Source of the DNA: Nitrosopumilus sp.
Lineage (GTDB): Archaea; Thermoproteota; Nitrososphaeria; Nitrososphaerales; Nitrosopumilaceae
Direction of reading: 5' to 3'
DNA: 64,000 nucleotides
Assembly (NCBI GenBank): GCA_963662625.1
Contig: OY759726.1
Coordinates: forward strand, 736,001-800,000
Of the stretch, positions 48,324 to 57,731 are shown piece by piece (positions within the stretch are counted from its first letter, which is position 1; each line of letters starts with the position of its first letter). The position numbers and the translations under genes are program-made. A model generated the notes under the pieces. It did not search any database. It was not told the origin of the DNA and was given only the letters and a program-made list of their open reading frames with translations.

Positions 48324-48621
48324 CGGATGCCGCTGCCCGGCCGGGTTCTTGCCCGCCGAACTTTGGGCGGCGCGTCGAGGGTGCGTCGCGCTTCCCCGTG
48401 CTGGACGCATTCGCGCCGTGGGCTTTTCGCGTTTTAGGACATGCCCGCTTGCACGCGAGTTCTTCATGCCCGTTGGCGCCCGTACCCATGGCTGCCGCCG
48501 GCAGCGTGGCCGCCGCGACGGTTCCCGCGGTTACCAGCGGCCGTCGCTTGGCTTGTGGCCCCGGTTGCGCGGGGGGTTTTTCGAGGGTTCGTCTTATATA
48601 AGATCGAATGCAAGTTATAGT

Positions 48622-48729
48622 ATGATTCAGCGATTGTTGCGCGGGTTATGGGACACAAATCTTCGTTCAAAACGCGGCGTTGCCATCATCGGGATCGGCC
48701 TGGCCCTGATATGCGTGGGCTCGTTGTAG
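48622..48729 (+). CDS. Putative 35-aa microprotein with a class III-like signal / TM helix
   Basis: TATA box TTATATAA about 25 nt upstream; MIQRLLRGLWDTNLRSKRG-VAIIGIGLALICVGSL. Confidence 0.4.
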   Translation: MIQRLLRGLWDTNLRSKRGVAIIGIGLALICVGSL

Positions 48730-48882
48730 CCCCCCGGGGGCCGGGGCTTTCTGTGCGCCGGGCCGGCAAGACCCGTGTCGTATGCTGCGCGTTGCCACAG
48801 ATGCGGCGCGGTTCTGCGCTCCTGGCGGGCGGGGCGCCTTGGGTGCCGTAAGGCTTCGCGCCCGGCGTCCGGGAGAGGCACG

Positions 48883-49539
48883 TCATCCCCGTCCCGGCCT
48901 CGAGTGCTTGTAGTAGTCGCAGGCCCCTTTGATCCGGCAGGGGCCGCACATGGGCGAGACCGGCTTGCATATGTTCTGCCCGTACATGACAAACGTGTCG
49001 TTGATCTCAAGCCAGTATTTTTTGGGGATCCTCCTCATCAGTTCCAGTTCCGTCTCCTCGGGATCTTTGGTGCTTACCAGCCCGAGCCTGTTCGAGATCC
49101 TGTGGACGTGGATGTCTACCGGGATCGCCGGCTTTTCAAAGGCGTACACCAGGACGCAGTTGGCGGTCTTTCTTCCGACCCCCGGAAGCTCCACGAGCTT
49201 TTCCAGGTCGTCTGGCACCTTTCCGTTGTACTTCGAGTCGATGATTTTTGCGACCTCGACGATCCGCCTCGACTTGACGCGGTAGAACCCGATCGGCCGT
49301 ATTATTTTTTCAACGTCCCCCACCCTGGCTTTGGCAAGCGCGCTGGCCGTCTTGTATCGGGAAAACAGCACCTTGACGACCTTGGTGGTGCTCTCGTCCT
49401 TGGTTCTGGCCGACAGGATCGTCCCGATCAGTATGCTGAACGGCCCGGTCTCTGCCTCGTGGAGCTCCCTCAGCGCAGTCATCCTGGGCGGCTTTACGGC
49501 GTCCATGGTCCTGGCCATTCCGGAAAGGATTTTTCTCAT
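48883..49539 (-). CDS. nth: Endonuclease III
   Basis: ILSART, HhH LPGVGRKTA, VDIHVHR, C-x6-C-x2-C-x5-C. Confidence 0.95.
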   Translation of the reverse strand: MRKILSGMARTMDAVKPPRMTALRELHEAETGPFSILIGTILSARTKDESTTKVVKVLFSRYKTASALAKARVGDVEKIIRPIGFYRVKSRRIVEVAKIIDSKYNGKVPDDLEKLVELPGVGRKTANCVLVYAFEKPAIPVDIHVHRISNRLGLVSTKDPEETELELMRRIPKKYWLEINDTFVMYGQNICKPVSPMCGPCRIKGACDYYKHSRPGRG

Positions 49540-49666
49540 GGTTGTGTGGTGGATCTCCCACAATGTAAATGTGAATCCGGCGCGGGCCGGGGCGGCCCGT
49601 GCGGCGCCCCCCCCCCCGCAGGCGGCCGCAGTACAAGTATTATATCTGTTGCAAGCATGACTTGCA

Positions 49667-50821
49667 TTGGAGCTAACCAGGGAAGAGGAGGCGGCGCTGA
49701 AGGGCGAACGCGGCGAGATCATGCAGCTTGCGTACAGGATCCTGGCGGCCACCGGCGAGGCCACCGATGCCGAGAGGCTGGTTCCCATAGAGTGGGCCCA
49801 CCTGTCCGGGGTAAACTACAACACCATAGGCGACGCTGGGGAGGAGTTTCTGTCCCACATCAGCGGGGAGGCCCGGGTCAGGGTCATGACCACCCTGAAC
49901 CCTATGGGCTTTGACGCGGACAGCGTCGCCAGGTACGGCCTGGGCGAAGATTTCATTGAAAAGCAGGCGTCGATAAGAGATTCCTACGTGGCCATGGGGG
50001 TGATCCCGTCCTTCTCCTGCGTGCCCTACGAGATATTTGACATCCCGAGGGAGGGCACCCAGGTGTCGTTTGCCGAAAGCAACGCGGCGATCCACGCGAA
50101 CTCGGTTGACGGCCTGAAGACGAACAAGGAGAGCGCCTTCAGCGCGCTGGCAAGCGCGATCACGGGCAGCAGCCCGTACTCCTCGATGAGAAGGGGGGAC
50201 TCCCCGGACCTCACCATCAGTATGAAGGTGGAGGATCCCGACGAGCTCTCGTACGGGATGCTCGGGTTCTTTGCGGGCAAGGTGGCAAACAACTCCGTGA
50301 ACATCGACGGCCCCGGACGGCTGGACAGGCGGGGCTGCAAGGCCCTGTGCGGCGGCATGGGGACGTCGGGGACGTGCGCAAAATTCAACCTCGGCCGGGG
50401 CGACCCGGGCTGCGAGAGGGTGGATTTCGACGGGAGGGAGGCGCAGAAGATCCACGACGAGCTGAACACCGCCGAACGGGGAGACCTGATCACGCTTGGA
50501 AGCCCGCAGCTGGGCCTCTGGGAGATCTCCGACCTGGCCGACAGGCTGAAGGGCAGGTCCTTCCGAAAGCGGTGCATGGTGTTCTGCCCCAGGTCCGTAA
50601 GGGAGCGCGCCCGGGAGGCCGGATACGCGGGGAGGCTGGAACGCGCCGGGTGCGAGATCCTGTCGGACTGCTGCACCTGCCTGACCCCCCTGATCAGCAG
50701 GGACGAGGTGGACTCTGTGACCACGAACAGCATCAAGGGGGCGTACTACCTGAAAAACTCAAACGGGGTGGGCGTGAACCTCAAGCCGCTGTCGCAGATA
50801 GTGGAGGACGAGACGGGGTGA
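49667..50821 (+). CDS. Aconitase X catalytic subunit (phosphomevalonate dehydratase large subunit)
   Basis: AHLSGVNY, TTLNP, SCVPY, ESNA, GSPQ, DCCTC, TNSIK. Confidence 0.9.
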   Translation: MELTREEEAALKGERGEIMQLAYRILAATGEATDAERLVPIEWAHLSGVNYNTIGDAGEEFLSHISGEARVRVMTTLNPMGFDADSVARYGLGEDFIEKQASIRDSYVAMGVIPSFSCVPYEIFDIPREGTQVSFAESNAAIHANSVDGLKTNKESAFSALASAITGSSPYSSMRRGDSPDLTISMKVEDPDELSYGMLGFFAGKVANNSVNIDGPGRLDRRGCKALCGGMGTSGTCAKFNLGRGDPGCERVDFDGREAQKIHDELNTAERGDLITLGSPQLGLWEISDLADRLKGRSFRKRCMVFCPRSVRERAREAGYAGRLERAGCEILSDCCTCLTPLISRDEVDSVTTNSIKGAYYLKNSNGVGVNLKPLSQIVEDETG

Positions 50822-51210
50822 GAAAGGTCCTGGTCAGGGGCAGGGCTGAGGGGCGCGTCCTAAAGTCAGGCGACCCGATCAACTTTCTCGGCGCGGTGGA
50901 CAAGAAGACCGGGAGGATCGAGGACAGCGGCCACGACCTGTTTTCCAAGTCGGTCAGGGGCGCCATCCTTGTCTTCCCCTCGGGCGCCGGCAGCAGCGTG
51001 GGGGCCTACACCATATACTCCCTCAAGTCAAACGGGGCCGCGCCGGCGGCGATGGTGTGCGCCAAGGCCGACCTTACGGTGGCCACCGGGTGCGCCCTGA
51101 CCGGCATCCCGCTCCTGACCGTGTCCGGCGGCGAGTTCTCCTCGCTCAGGACGGGCCAGATGGTGTCCCTGGACACCGACTCCCCCGACCCTATAACCTT
51201 CCTTCGATGA
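50818..51210 (+). CDS. Aconitase X swivel subunit (DUF126)
   Basis: PINFLGAVD, FPSGAGSSVG; GTGA overlap with the large subunit. Confidence 0.9.
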   Translation: MRKVLVRGRAEGRVLKSGDPINFLGAVDKKTGRIEDSGHDLFSKSVRGAILVFPSGAGSSVGAYTIYSLKSNGAAPAAMVCAKADLTVATGCALTGIPLLTVSGGEFSSLRTGQMVSLDTDSPDPITFLR

Positions 51211-51790
51211 CGTCCCCGTTGGGCCGCTCCTCCCTGAAGACCGTCCCCTGAAACCTCTCGACCTCCGTCTCCGGCTCCCGCCAGCAGTCGCCCGGCAGCC
51301 CGGCCTTCTGGCACGTGTGCTCCAGGAACTCCCGCTCGTCCCACCCGTACTCCGACGGGACCTGCGGCAGCAGCAGCCCCGAGAAGCCCCCGTTCCTCAC
51401 GATCAGCCCGTCCCTGCCCACCCTGATCTCGCGCAGTAGCCCCTCCGGGCTGCCGGCCAGGATCCTCTCGGGCCGGGTCAGGACGGTGACCTCGAACGTG
51501 ACGCCGTCCAGGTCCCCCGGCCCCAGCGGCGGAAACCTGGGATCCCTCGTGGCGGCGGCCACCGCGGCGTCCTTGAGCGCGGGGGAGAGCCCCCTGTCCG
51601 CCAGCGGGTACCCGATGCACCCCCTCAGCCCCGAGGAGTCGTTGATGGTGACGAACACTCCGGACTTGCCGGAGAACCTCGCGTCAAACCCGCCGTCGGC
51701 GCCCGTCCTGCCCCGCTCCATGTGCTCGGAGACCGCGCGCCTTGCGGCCTTTACGAGCAGCCTGCCGTCCTCGAGGGAGACGCGCCTCAC
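51191..51790 (-). CDS. AMMECR1-domain protein (TIGR00296)
   Basis: GVFVT, LRGCIG, DPRF, GLLLPQV, CQKAGL. Confidence 0.92.
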   Translation of the reverse strand: MRRVSLEDGRLLVKAARRAVSEHMERGRTGADGGFDARFSGKSGVFVTINDSSGLRGCIGYPLADRGLSPALKDAAVAAATRDPRFPPLGPGDLDGVTFEVTVLTRPERILAGSPEGLLREIRVGRDGLIVRNGGFSGLLLPQVPSEYGWDEREFLEHTCQKAGLPGDCWREPETEVERFQGTVFREERPNGDVIEGRL

Positions 51791-52269
51791 AGTTCCCCCT
51801 CCGCGAACTCCCGGAGGTTCCTGACGTGCGTCCCCTCCCAGTAGACCTGGCCGCACCGGGCGCACCTCCAAAACCTCTCGTGGAGTTCCAGCACCCCCGG
51901 GGGGACGGTCCCGTCGACGTCCCGCCCGCTGGCGGGCCTCGTGACCGAGTTGCGCCGCGTGCACCTGGCCGCGTCGCCGCTCATCTCCGGGCGCCCCTCC
52001 CGCAGGCGCCCCAGGACCTCCCGGAGCTGCTCCCCGTCGCAGGTTCCGGCCACCAGCACGGACTCGTGCCCGAGCCCCTGGCAGCGCCCCGCAAGATCCC
52101 TGTCCCTGGTCACTATGACCCTCCGCTCGTCCCTAGCGATCCTGACGAGCTCCGCGTCGCCTATGCCCGGGTCGTACCTGGAGTCGTAGCCGAACATGCG
52201 CAGCTTCCTAGCGACGCTTCCGAGCATCGCGTCTACGAAGAACCTCGGCCTGCCTGCTCCGTCAGGCAT
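51787..52269 (-). CDS. Mut7-C (PIN-like) RNase domain protein
   Basis: FFVDAMLGSVARKLRMFGYD, VTRDRDL, CARCGQVYWEGTH. Confidence 0.88.
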   Translation of the reverse strand: MPDGAGRPRFFVDAMLGSVARKLRMFGYDSRYDPGIGDAELVRIARDERRVIVTRDRDLAGRCQGLGHESVLVAGTCDGEQLREVLGRLREGRPEMSGDAARCTRRNSVTRPASGRDVDGTVPPGVLELHERFWRCARCGQVYWEGTHVRNLREFAEGEL

Positions 52270-54163
52270 CCCCGCGGCCCACCTCCTTTATCTGGCTCTG
52301 GCCGGCGGGGAGGGCCCTGACAAAGTCGTCCATGCCTATCGCCCTGACCGCATCCTCCTCGAGTTTTAAAAATTCCACCCTGATCCGCTTGGCGACTTCG
52401 GCCATATCCGACCCGTGCGGCTCGATGACCGCATAGCAGACCGAGGCCCTCTTGACGGCCTCCGGCGGGCCGCACGTGATGGCGTGGCCGTCGTCCCGCC
52501 TGATCATCCCCACGGCCAGCCTGAGCGAGGAGATCCTGACGTAGTTGCGCTGCCCCTCTATTGTGAACGAGCCCTTCGGGAGAAACTGCCCGCTCGGGGC
52601 CGACTTCTTTACCTGCCCCGGGCTCACCCAGTACGCGCTGAGGCCGTACATCCCCTCCCTCCACGCCCGGCTGAAGCAGACGGTCGCGTGGGCGGCCTCG
52701 CTCATGCTGGCCGCCGGCGCGTCGTGGCCGCCCTTGAGGATGAAGAAGGGGGAGCCGAAGATGTCCCCGTGGAACACCCTGTCGTCCTTTCCAAGGCGCT
52801 TGCGCACCACCGCGGAGTTCGACGCCGCGTCCCTCCCCCCTATCGCGAGCAGGCCGTCGGTGGTAAAGAACCACCTGTACCTCTCGTACCAGCTCTTCTT
52901 CCGTATCTCGGAGACCCGCACGGCCCCCTCCGTCCTGTCGACGCCGTCCAGCCTCTTCCGGGTCTTTTCCATCACCCGCTCGATCGTGCCCACCGCGCCG
53001 GATTGTTTCTTTGCCGCGTCAAACAGGGCCGACGCGATCGACTGGAGCGGGGCCCCGTGGTCGACCCGGATCTTCTCGTCGCCCACGACCACCAGCTGGA
53101 CGCCCCTCTCGCTTCCCAGCATGGCGTTGTTGGCCTCCAGGATGGCCCGGGCGCGCCCGTCCTCGATCGACGTGATCCCGTCCGAGATCATCTGGTAGAT
53201 CGAGTTTGCTACCGTCGTTATGGCCCCCGCCTTCTCCTTGACTGCGTGGATCGCCCTCTGCTGCTCCGACAGCTGGCTTTCTAGATCCCTGATCCTCTTC
53301 TCGGATCCGCTTGTCTGCATCTTCTTGCCCCTCTCCACCAGGCTTTCTGTGAACACCGCGTCCAGGCCGGCGATGAAGCTCTCGGCCGCGGTGCAGTCCC
53401 CGCCGTCGGCCCCCAGCCTGAGCGGGACCGCCTCTGTCTTGTCTCCCCGGATTATGGCCGGCTCGTGCCTTCCCGCCGCCACGTCGGCCACCACCGACAT
53501 GGTGGTCGCGCAGATCCGGCCCGCGTCCCCGTCCGAAAGCCGGCTTCCGGCGGTCTTCGGGTCCACCCCCGCGATGCCGAATATGCCCTCGACGTACCTC
53601 TTTGGGAGCCCCATCGTCCTGCCGAGCCACTTTGCGGCTGGCAGGTCCGTCAGCCTCATGGGGGCAAAGTCGGCCTCAGAGGCATCGAGGGCGTCCAGCC
53701 CGTTCTGCGGGGGAGGCGCGTATTCCAGGCCCACCCCGAGCTTCCTGTGCCGCACGTCGATCGAGTGCTGCAGCGCGAGGATCTTCATCTGGCCGTTGCA
53801 CAGTATGATGTTCCCGTCCCCGAAGAACTCGCCCACGACGACGAACTCCTTGCCGAACCCGGCGAAGGTGAGGTATGCCACGCGTTCGGACCCCACCTGG
53901 CCCACCTCCTTCAGCTTCAGCCGCAGCAGGTCACTGCGCAGCCTCTTTTGCAGCCTGTTTGGCTCGATCTGGTCGATCTTCACGGACGTCAGCCATATGC
54001 CGAACGTGGTGACCATCATGAATACGTCGTCCTTCTCGGTGTGGTGGAGCTTGAACAGCACGCTGTCCCTGCTGATGCCGTAGATGTTGCTCACGTAGTA
54101 GTCCCGAACCCTGTCTGAGATCTGGTCTACCAGGTACCTGAGTTCTATCCCCGCAAGAGCCAT
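52262..54163 (-). CDS. rqcH: NFACT / ribosome quality-control protein (archaeal RqcH/NEMF)
   Basis: EFFGDGNIIL, WYERYRWF, GGRDAASN, QVKKSAPSGQFL, GSFTIEG. Confidence 0.92.
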   Translation of the reverse strand: MALAGIELRYLVDQISDRVRDYYVSNIYGISRDSVLFKLHHTEKDDVFMMVTTFGIWLTSVKIDQIEPNRLQKRLRSDLLRLKLKEVGQVGSERVAYLTFAGFGKEFVVVGEFFGDGNIILCNGQMKILALQHSIDVRHRKLGVGLEYAPPPQNGLDALDASEADFAPMRLTDLPAAKWLGRTMGLPKRYVEGIFGIAGVDPKTAGSRLSDGDAGRICATTMSVVADVAAGRHEPAIIRGDKTEAVPLRLGADGGDCTAAESFIAGLDAVFTESLVERGKKMQTSGSEKRIRDLESQLSEQQRAIHAVKEKAGAITTVANSIYQMISDGITSIEDGRARAILEANNAMLGSERGVQLVVVGDEKIRVDHGAPLQSIASALFDAAKKQSGAVGTIERVMEKTRKRLDGVDRTEGAVRVSEIRKKSWYERYRWFFTTDGLLAIGGRDAASNSAVVRKRLGKDDRVFHGDIFGSPFFILKGGHDAPAASMSEAAHATVCFSRAWREGMYGLSAYWVSPGQVKKSAPSGQFLPKGSFTIEGQRNYVRISSLRLAVGMIRRDDGHAITCGPPEAVKRASVCYAVIEPHGSDMAEVAKRIRVEFLKLEEDAVRAIGMDDFVRALPAGQSQIKEVGRGDA

Positions 54164-54266
54164 GCCCATCTGCCTCGTGTATAAAACCATGCCCCGCCCG
54201 GTTTATGCACGTTTTGCTAGCCAAAGATTTTAAACAAGGCTAGCATGAGTCATCCTAGAAATTTAC

Positions 54267-54758
54267 TTGGCAAGATTCAAAAAAAAGAAGTCCAAACCCA
54301 CCCCCGACCCCGCGGATCTAAAAAAAGCCCCCGGCGATGAGGGGAGCGCTGGGACCCCTGAGCCTAGCCAAGAAAAGGCCGCGCCCGACGTCGCGCCCCC
54401 CGCCGGGCCGGCCGACTTCCAGGCCGAGAAAAGCGAGAAAGACAGGAAGCTGAACAGGCTGTTCTGGCTGCGCGTGGGCCTGGCAGTCATTGCGGGGACC
54501 GCGGCGACCTTCATATTCGAGGACATAGAGGGGGAGGAACGGAGGTGGGCGTCCATCGCCTTCATGATAAGCGTGTTCATCGTGACGATCTTCATCGCAA
54601 AGGGGATGGAGATGCAGCTGCCCGCGTCCGACAGGAAGAAGATCGTGACGCAGGGCATAGGAAGCTACATCTTCATCTACCTCTTCGTGTGGATCGTGTC
54701 CTACACGCTGGTCAACGCCGGGAACGCGTCGGCCGGGATCCCGTCCCCCCTGACATGA
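54267..54758 (+). CDS. Three-TM membrane protein (possibly EMC6-like)
   Basis: Low-complexity N-terminus, three TM helices, YIFIYLFVWIVSYTL. Confidence 0.7.
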   Translation: MARFKKKKSKPTPDPADLKKAPGDEGSAGTPEPSQEKAAPDVAPPAGPADFQAEKSEKDRKLNRLFWLRVGLAVIAGTAATFIFEDIEGEERRWASIAFMISVFIVTIFIAKGMEMQLPASDRKKIVTQGIGSYIFIYLFVWIVSYTLVNAGNASAGIPSPLT

Positions 54759-55366
54759 CGGGCGCCGGCTTGCCCAAGTGGGGCTTCAAGACTCCCGGGA
54801 TCCCCGACGGGGAGTTTGAGCGCTCCGAGAAGGTCCCCATAACCAAGGAGGAGGCAAGGGCCATCCAGATCAGCAAGGCAAGGCTCCGTCCGGGCCAGAC
54901 CGTATACGACATCGGCTGCGGGAGCGGTTCCGTGTCGGTGGAGGCCGCCCTGCAGGTGGAGGGTTCGGGAAGGGTCATCGCGGTGGACCACGATCCCGGC
55001 GCGGTCGAGCTGACCAAGAGGAACCTGGATAGGTTCTCGCTGTCCAACGTCTCGGTGGTCCTCGGGGACGCCAAGGAGCGGATCCCGGGGCTGGAGCCGG
55101 CCGACGCGATATTTGTGGGCGGGACGGGCGGCGACACGAGGGACATAGTGGAGCTGTGCCACGGCAGGCTGAAGGCGGGGGGGAGGATAGTGCTGGGCGT
55201 CATCCTGATCGAGACGCTGCACGCGGTCCTTCGGGCGCTGGAGGAGCTCGGCTTTGACGCCGTGGACGTCACCCAGATCACCGTGGCGAAGGGCAGGAAG
55301 ACGTCCACCGGGACCATGATGCTTGCGAGAAACCCCGTCACGATAGTCTCCGCGACCAGGGCCTGA
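54755..55366 (+). CDS. cbiT: Cobalt-precorrin-6B C15-methyltransferase (decarboxylating)
   Basis: PGIPDGEF, ITKEEAR, DIGCGSGSV, FVGG, ARNPV; ATGA overlap. Confidence 0.93.
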   Translation: MTGAGLPKWGFKTPGIPDGEFERSEKVPITKEEARAIQISKARLRPGQTVYDIGCGSGSVSVEAALQVEGSGRVIAVDHDPGAVELTKRNLDRFSLSNVSVVLGDAKERIPGLEPADAIFVGGTGGDTRDIVELCHGRLKAGGRIVLGVILIETLHAVLRALEELGFDAVDVTQITVAKGRKTSTGTMMLARNPVTIVSATRA

Positions 55367-55402
55367 CCTAGATTTTTAACTGTGCCTGTTGCACACATCC
55401 CC

Positions 55403-56122
55403 ATGGCCGAACTGATCGGGGTCGGCGTGGGCCCGGGAGACCCCGACTTGCTAACGGTAAAGGCGGTGAACGCCATACGCAACGCCGACGTCATAATGTG
55501 CCCGGCCTCCAAGGAGGACAGGCCCAGCATCGCGCTGTCCGTGGTGTCCTCGCTGATCGACAGGTCGAGCCAGGAGGTGGTCAAGCTGGTCTTCCCGATG
55601 ACGAAGGACAGGGGGGTCCTGGAGTCGACCTGGAAGCGGAACGCCGGGGTGATGGCCGGCAAGGTCCTGGCCGGCAAGAACGTGGTATACATCACGGTGG
55701 GCGATCCGTACCTGTACAGCACCTGGATCTACATGCACAGGGACATCGAGGAGAACCACCCGGAGATAAGGCAGAGCGTCGTCCCGGGCATAGTCTCCAT
55801 GTTCACGTTTGCGTCAAAGGTGGGCGTCAGCATCGCCGAGGGCGCGGAGAAGGTCTCGATAATCCCGTCATGCTACGACCTCTCGTCGGTCAAGGAGATA
55901 GCGAGGAACTCCGAGACGATGGTCTTTCTCAAGGACGGGAGGTACTTTGACCGGGTAATCGACGTCCTGAGGGAGGCCGGGTTCGGCGACGACTCCGTCT
56001 TCGCCATAGGGCAGGACCTCGGCACCGAGCACGAGATCATAAGAAAGCTCACGCTGGGCCAGGTGAACGACGGGACGCTTACCACGAAATACTTTTCGAT
56101 CCTGGTGGTAAAGCGTGCCTAG
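55403..56122 (+). CDS. cbiL: Cobalt-precorrin-2 C20-methyltransferase
   Basis: GVGVGPGDPDLLT, FPMTKD, GDPYLYST, VPGI. Confidence 0.92.
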   Translation: MAELIGVGVGPGDPDLLTVKAVNAIRNADVIMCPASKEDRPSIALSVVSSLIDRSSQEVVKLVFPMTKDRGVLESTWKRNAGVMAGKVLAGKNVVYITVGDPYLYSTWIYMHRDIEENHPEIRQSVVPGIVSMFTFASKVGVSIAEGAEKVSIIPSCYDLSSVKEIARNSETMVFLKDGRYFDRVIDVLREAGFGDDSVFAIGQDLGTEHEIIRKLTLGQVNDGTLTTKYFSILVVKRA

Positions 56123-56882
56123 CGTCTTCTTTGTCGGGTGCGGGCCCGGGGATCCCGAGCTGATAACGGTGAAGGCCAAGAAGCTGATCCAGAAGGCCGA
56201 CGTCGTCGTCTTCTCGGGATCCCTGATCCCCGAGCCCGTGCTGAAGCTGTGCAGGAAGGGGGAACTCCACGACGCCTCGGGCATGGTCAGGGAGGAGATC
56301 TTCGACCTGCTGTACGGCAACGCCAGGAAGGGCAGGCTCGTGGTGAGGCTGCATGACGGCGATCCGTCGATCTACGGCGCGATAAGGGAGCAGATGGACG
56401 GCCTGGAAGAGAAGGGGATAAGCTCGGTGGTCGTGCCCGGCGTCACCGCGTTCCTGGCCTCCGCCGCGGCCCTGGGAACCCAGCTCACGCTGCCAGGCGT
56501 CACGCAGACCATAATAGTCACGAGGGCGGAGTCCAGGACCAAGGTCCCCAAGCGCGAGAGGATCGCCGAGCTTGCAAGGCACCGGGCCACGCTGGTCTTC
56601 TACCTTAGCGTGCACCTGGTGGCGGACCTGGTCAGGGAGGCGCTGGCGGGGGGATACCCCGAGTCCACTCCCGTCGCGGTGGTGTACAGGGCAAGCTGGA
56701 AGGACCAGCAGATCGTCAGGGGCACGCTGTCCTCGATCGCCGGGAAGGTGAGGGAGCAGAAGATCACGCGCACCGCGGTCGTGATAGTCGGGGACGTGGT
56801 GGATCCCAAGTCCTACGAGCACTCCAGGCTGTATGACAAGACGTTCAGCCACGGGTACCGCAGGGCCAAGGTCAGGCGGTGA
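56115..56882 (+). CDS. cbiF: Cobalt-precorrin-4 C11-methyltransferase
   Basis: GPGDPELIT, RLHDGDPSIYGA, QTIIVTR, RASW, SRLYDKTFSHGYR. Confidence 0.95.
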   Translation: MPSVFFVGCGPGDPELITVKAKKLIQKADVVVFSGSLIPEPVLKLCRKGELHDASGMVREEIFDLLYGNARKGRLVVRLHDGDPSIYGAIREQMDGLEEKGISSVVVPGVTAFLASAAALGTQLTLPGVTQTIIVTRAESRTKVPKRERIAELARHRATLVFYLSVHLVADLVREALAGGYPESTPVAVVYRASWKDQQIVRGTLSSIAGKVREQKITRTAVVIVGDVVDPKSYEHSRLYDKTFSHGYRRAKVRR

Positions 56883-57627
56883 AGCGTCCGGCCCTGCTCC
56901 TGATCCCCAGCCTTGCCAGGTCCCTCTCGAGCTCCCGCGCGTCCCCGCTGGTATAGACCCGCAGCCCGGCCCGGCCCGACTCCCCGATCCTTCCCGCCAC
57001 CTCGGCGGCCACCGACTCGGCCGGGTCCAGGAACCCCACTCCCGGAAACTCCGACTCCAGGAGTGGCCTCAGGAACGGCAGGTGGGTGCTCGAGAGCGTC
57101 GCCGCGTCGATGCCGCCGTCCCGGATCCTCTTTCCTAGCGCTGCCCTGATCTCGCCCCTGCACCGGGCCTCGTCGGTCAGGAACGCGCCGTCCTCCACCA
57201 GATCCACCAGCGGGGACGCGTTGATCCTGTGCACCGTCGTCCCCGCCGGCAGGCGCTGCCGCGCGATGTAGTCGGCCATCCCCCTGCTGGCCACGGCGGC
57301 CCCGGTCCCCAGCACCGCGATGTTCCCGGTCGCGGAGGCGCGGGCCGCCTGCCTTACCGGCGGGAACACCCCGATCACCCCCTCGCCGCACCCCAGCACC
57401 AGCGAGGGCGTGTTCGACGCCATCACGATGACGTCCGGCGCGAACTCCTCGCGCAGCGCCCTCACGGTCCTGCCTATGATCCTGCCCAGCTGCCGCCGTG
57501 ACTTGTTGCCGTACGGGAAGTTCTCCCGGTCCGCAAAATAGACGATCTCGCACCTCGCGGCGGCCCGGATTGCCCTGATCACGGACAGCGAGCCCAGCCC
57601 CGAGTCAAACACCGCCACCCTGGCCAT
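56872..57627 (-). CDS. Glutamate racemase (MurI)-like protein with Ser at both catalytic positions
   Basis: FDSGLGSLSV, FPYGNKS, MASNTPS, LSSTHLP. Confidence 0.85.
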   Translation of the reverse strand: MARVAVFDSGLGSLSVIRAIRAAARCEIVYFADRENFPYGNKSRRQLGRIIGRTVRALREEFAPDVIVMASNTPSLVLGCGEGVIGVFPPVRQAARASATGNIAVLGTGAAVASRGMADYIARQRLPAGTTVHRINASPLVDLVEDGAFLTDEARCRGEIRAALGKRIRDGGIDAATLSSTHLPFLRPLLESEFPGVGFLDPAESVAAEVAGRIGESGRAGLRVYTSGDARELERDLARLGIRSRAGRFTA

Positions 57628-57731
57628 GGGTCACGCACGCGGCCCCTCCTAATAGTTTGTTAGCTAAATTTAGCCCCAAGTTGATCTAAATATACACCGT
57701 TCATTAAGAGCCAACTCCGGCAGTACCAGGC

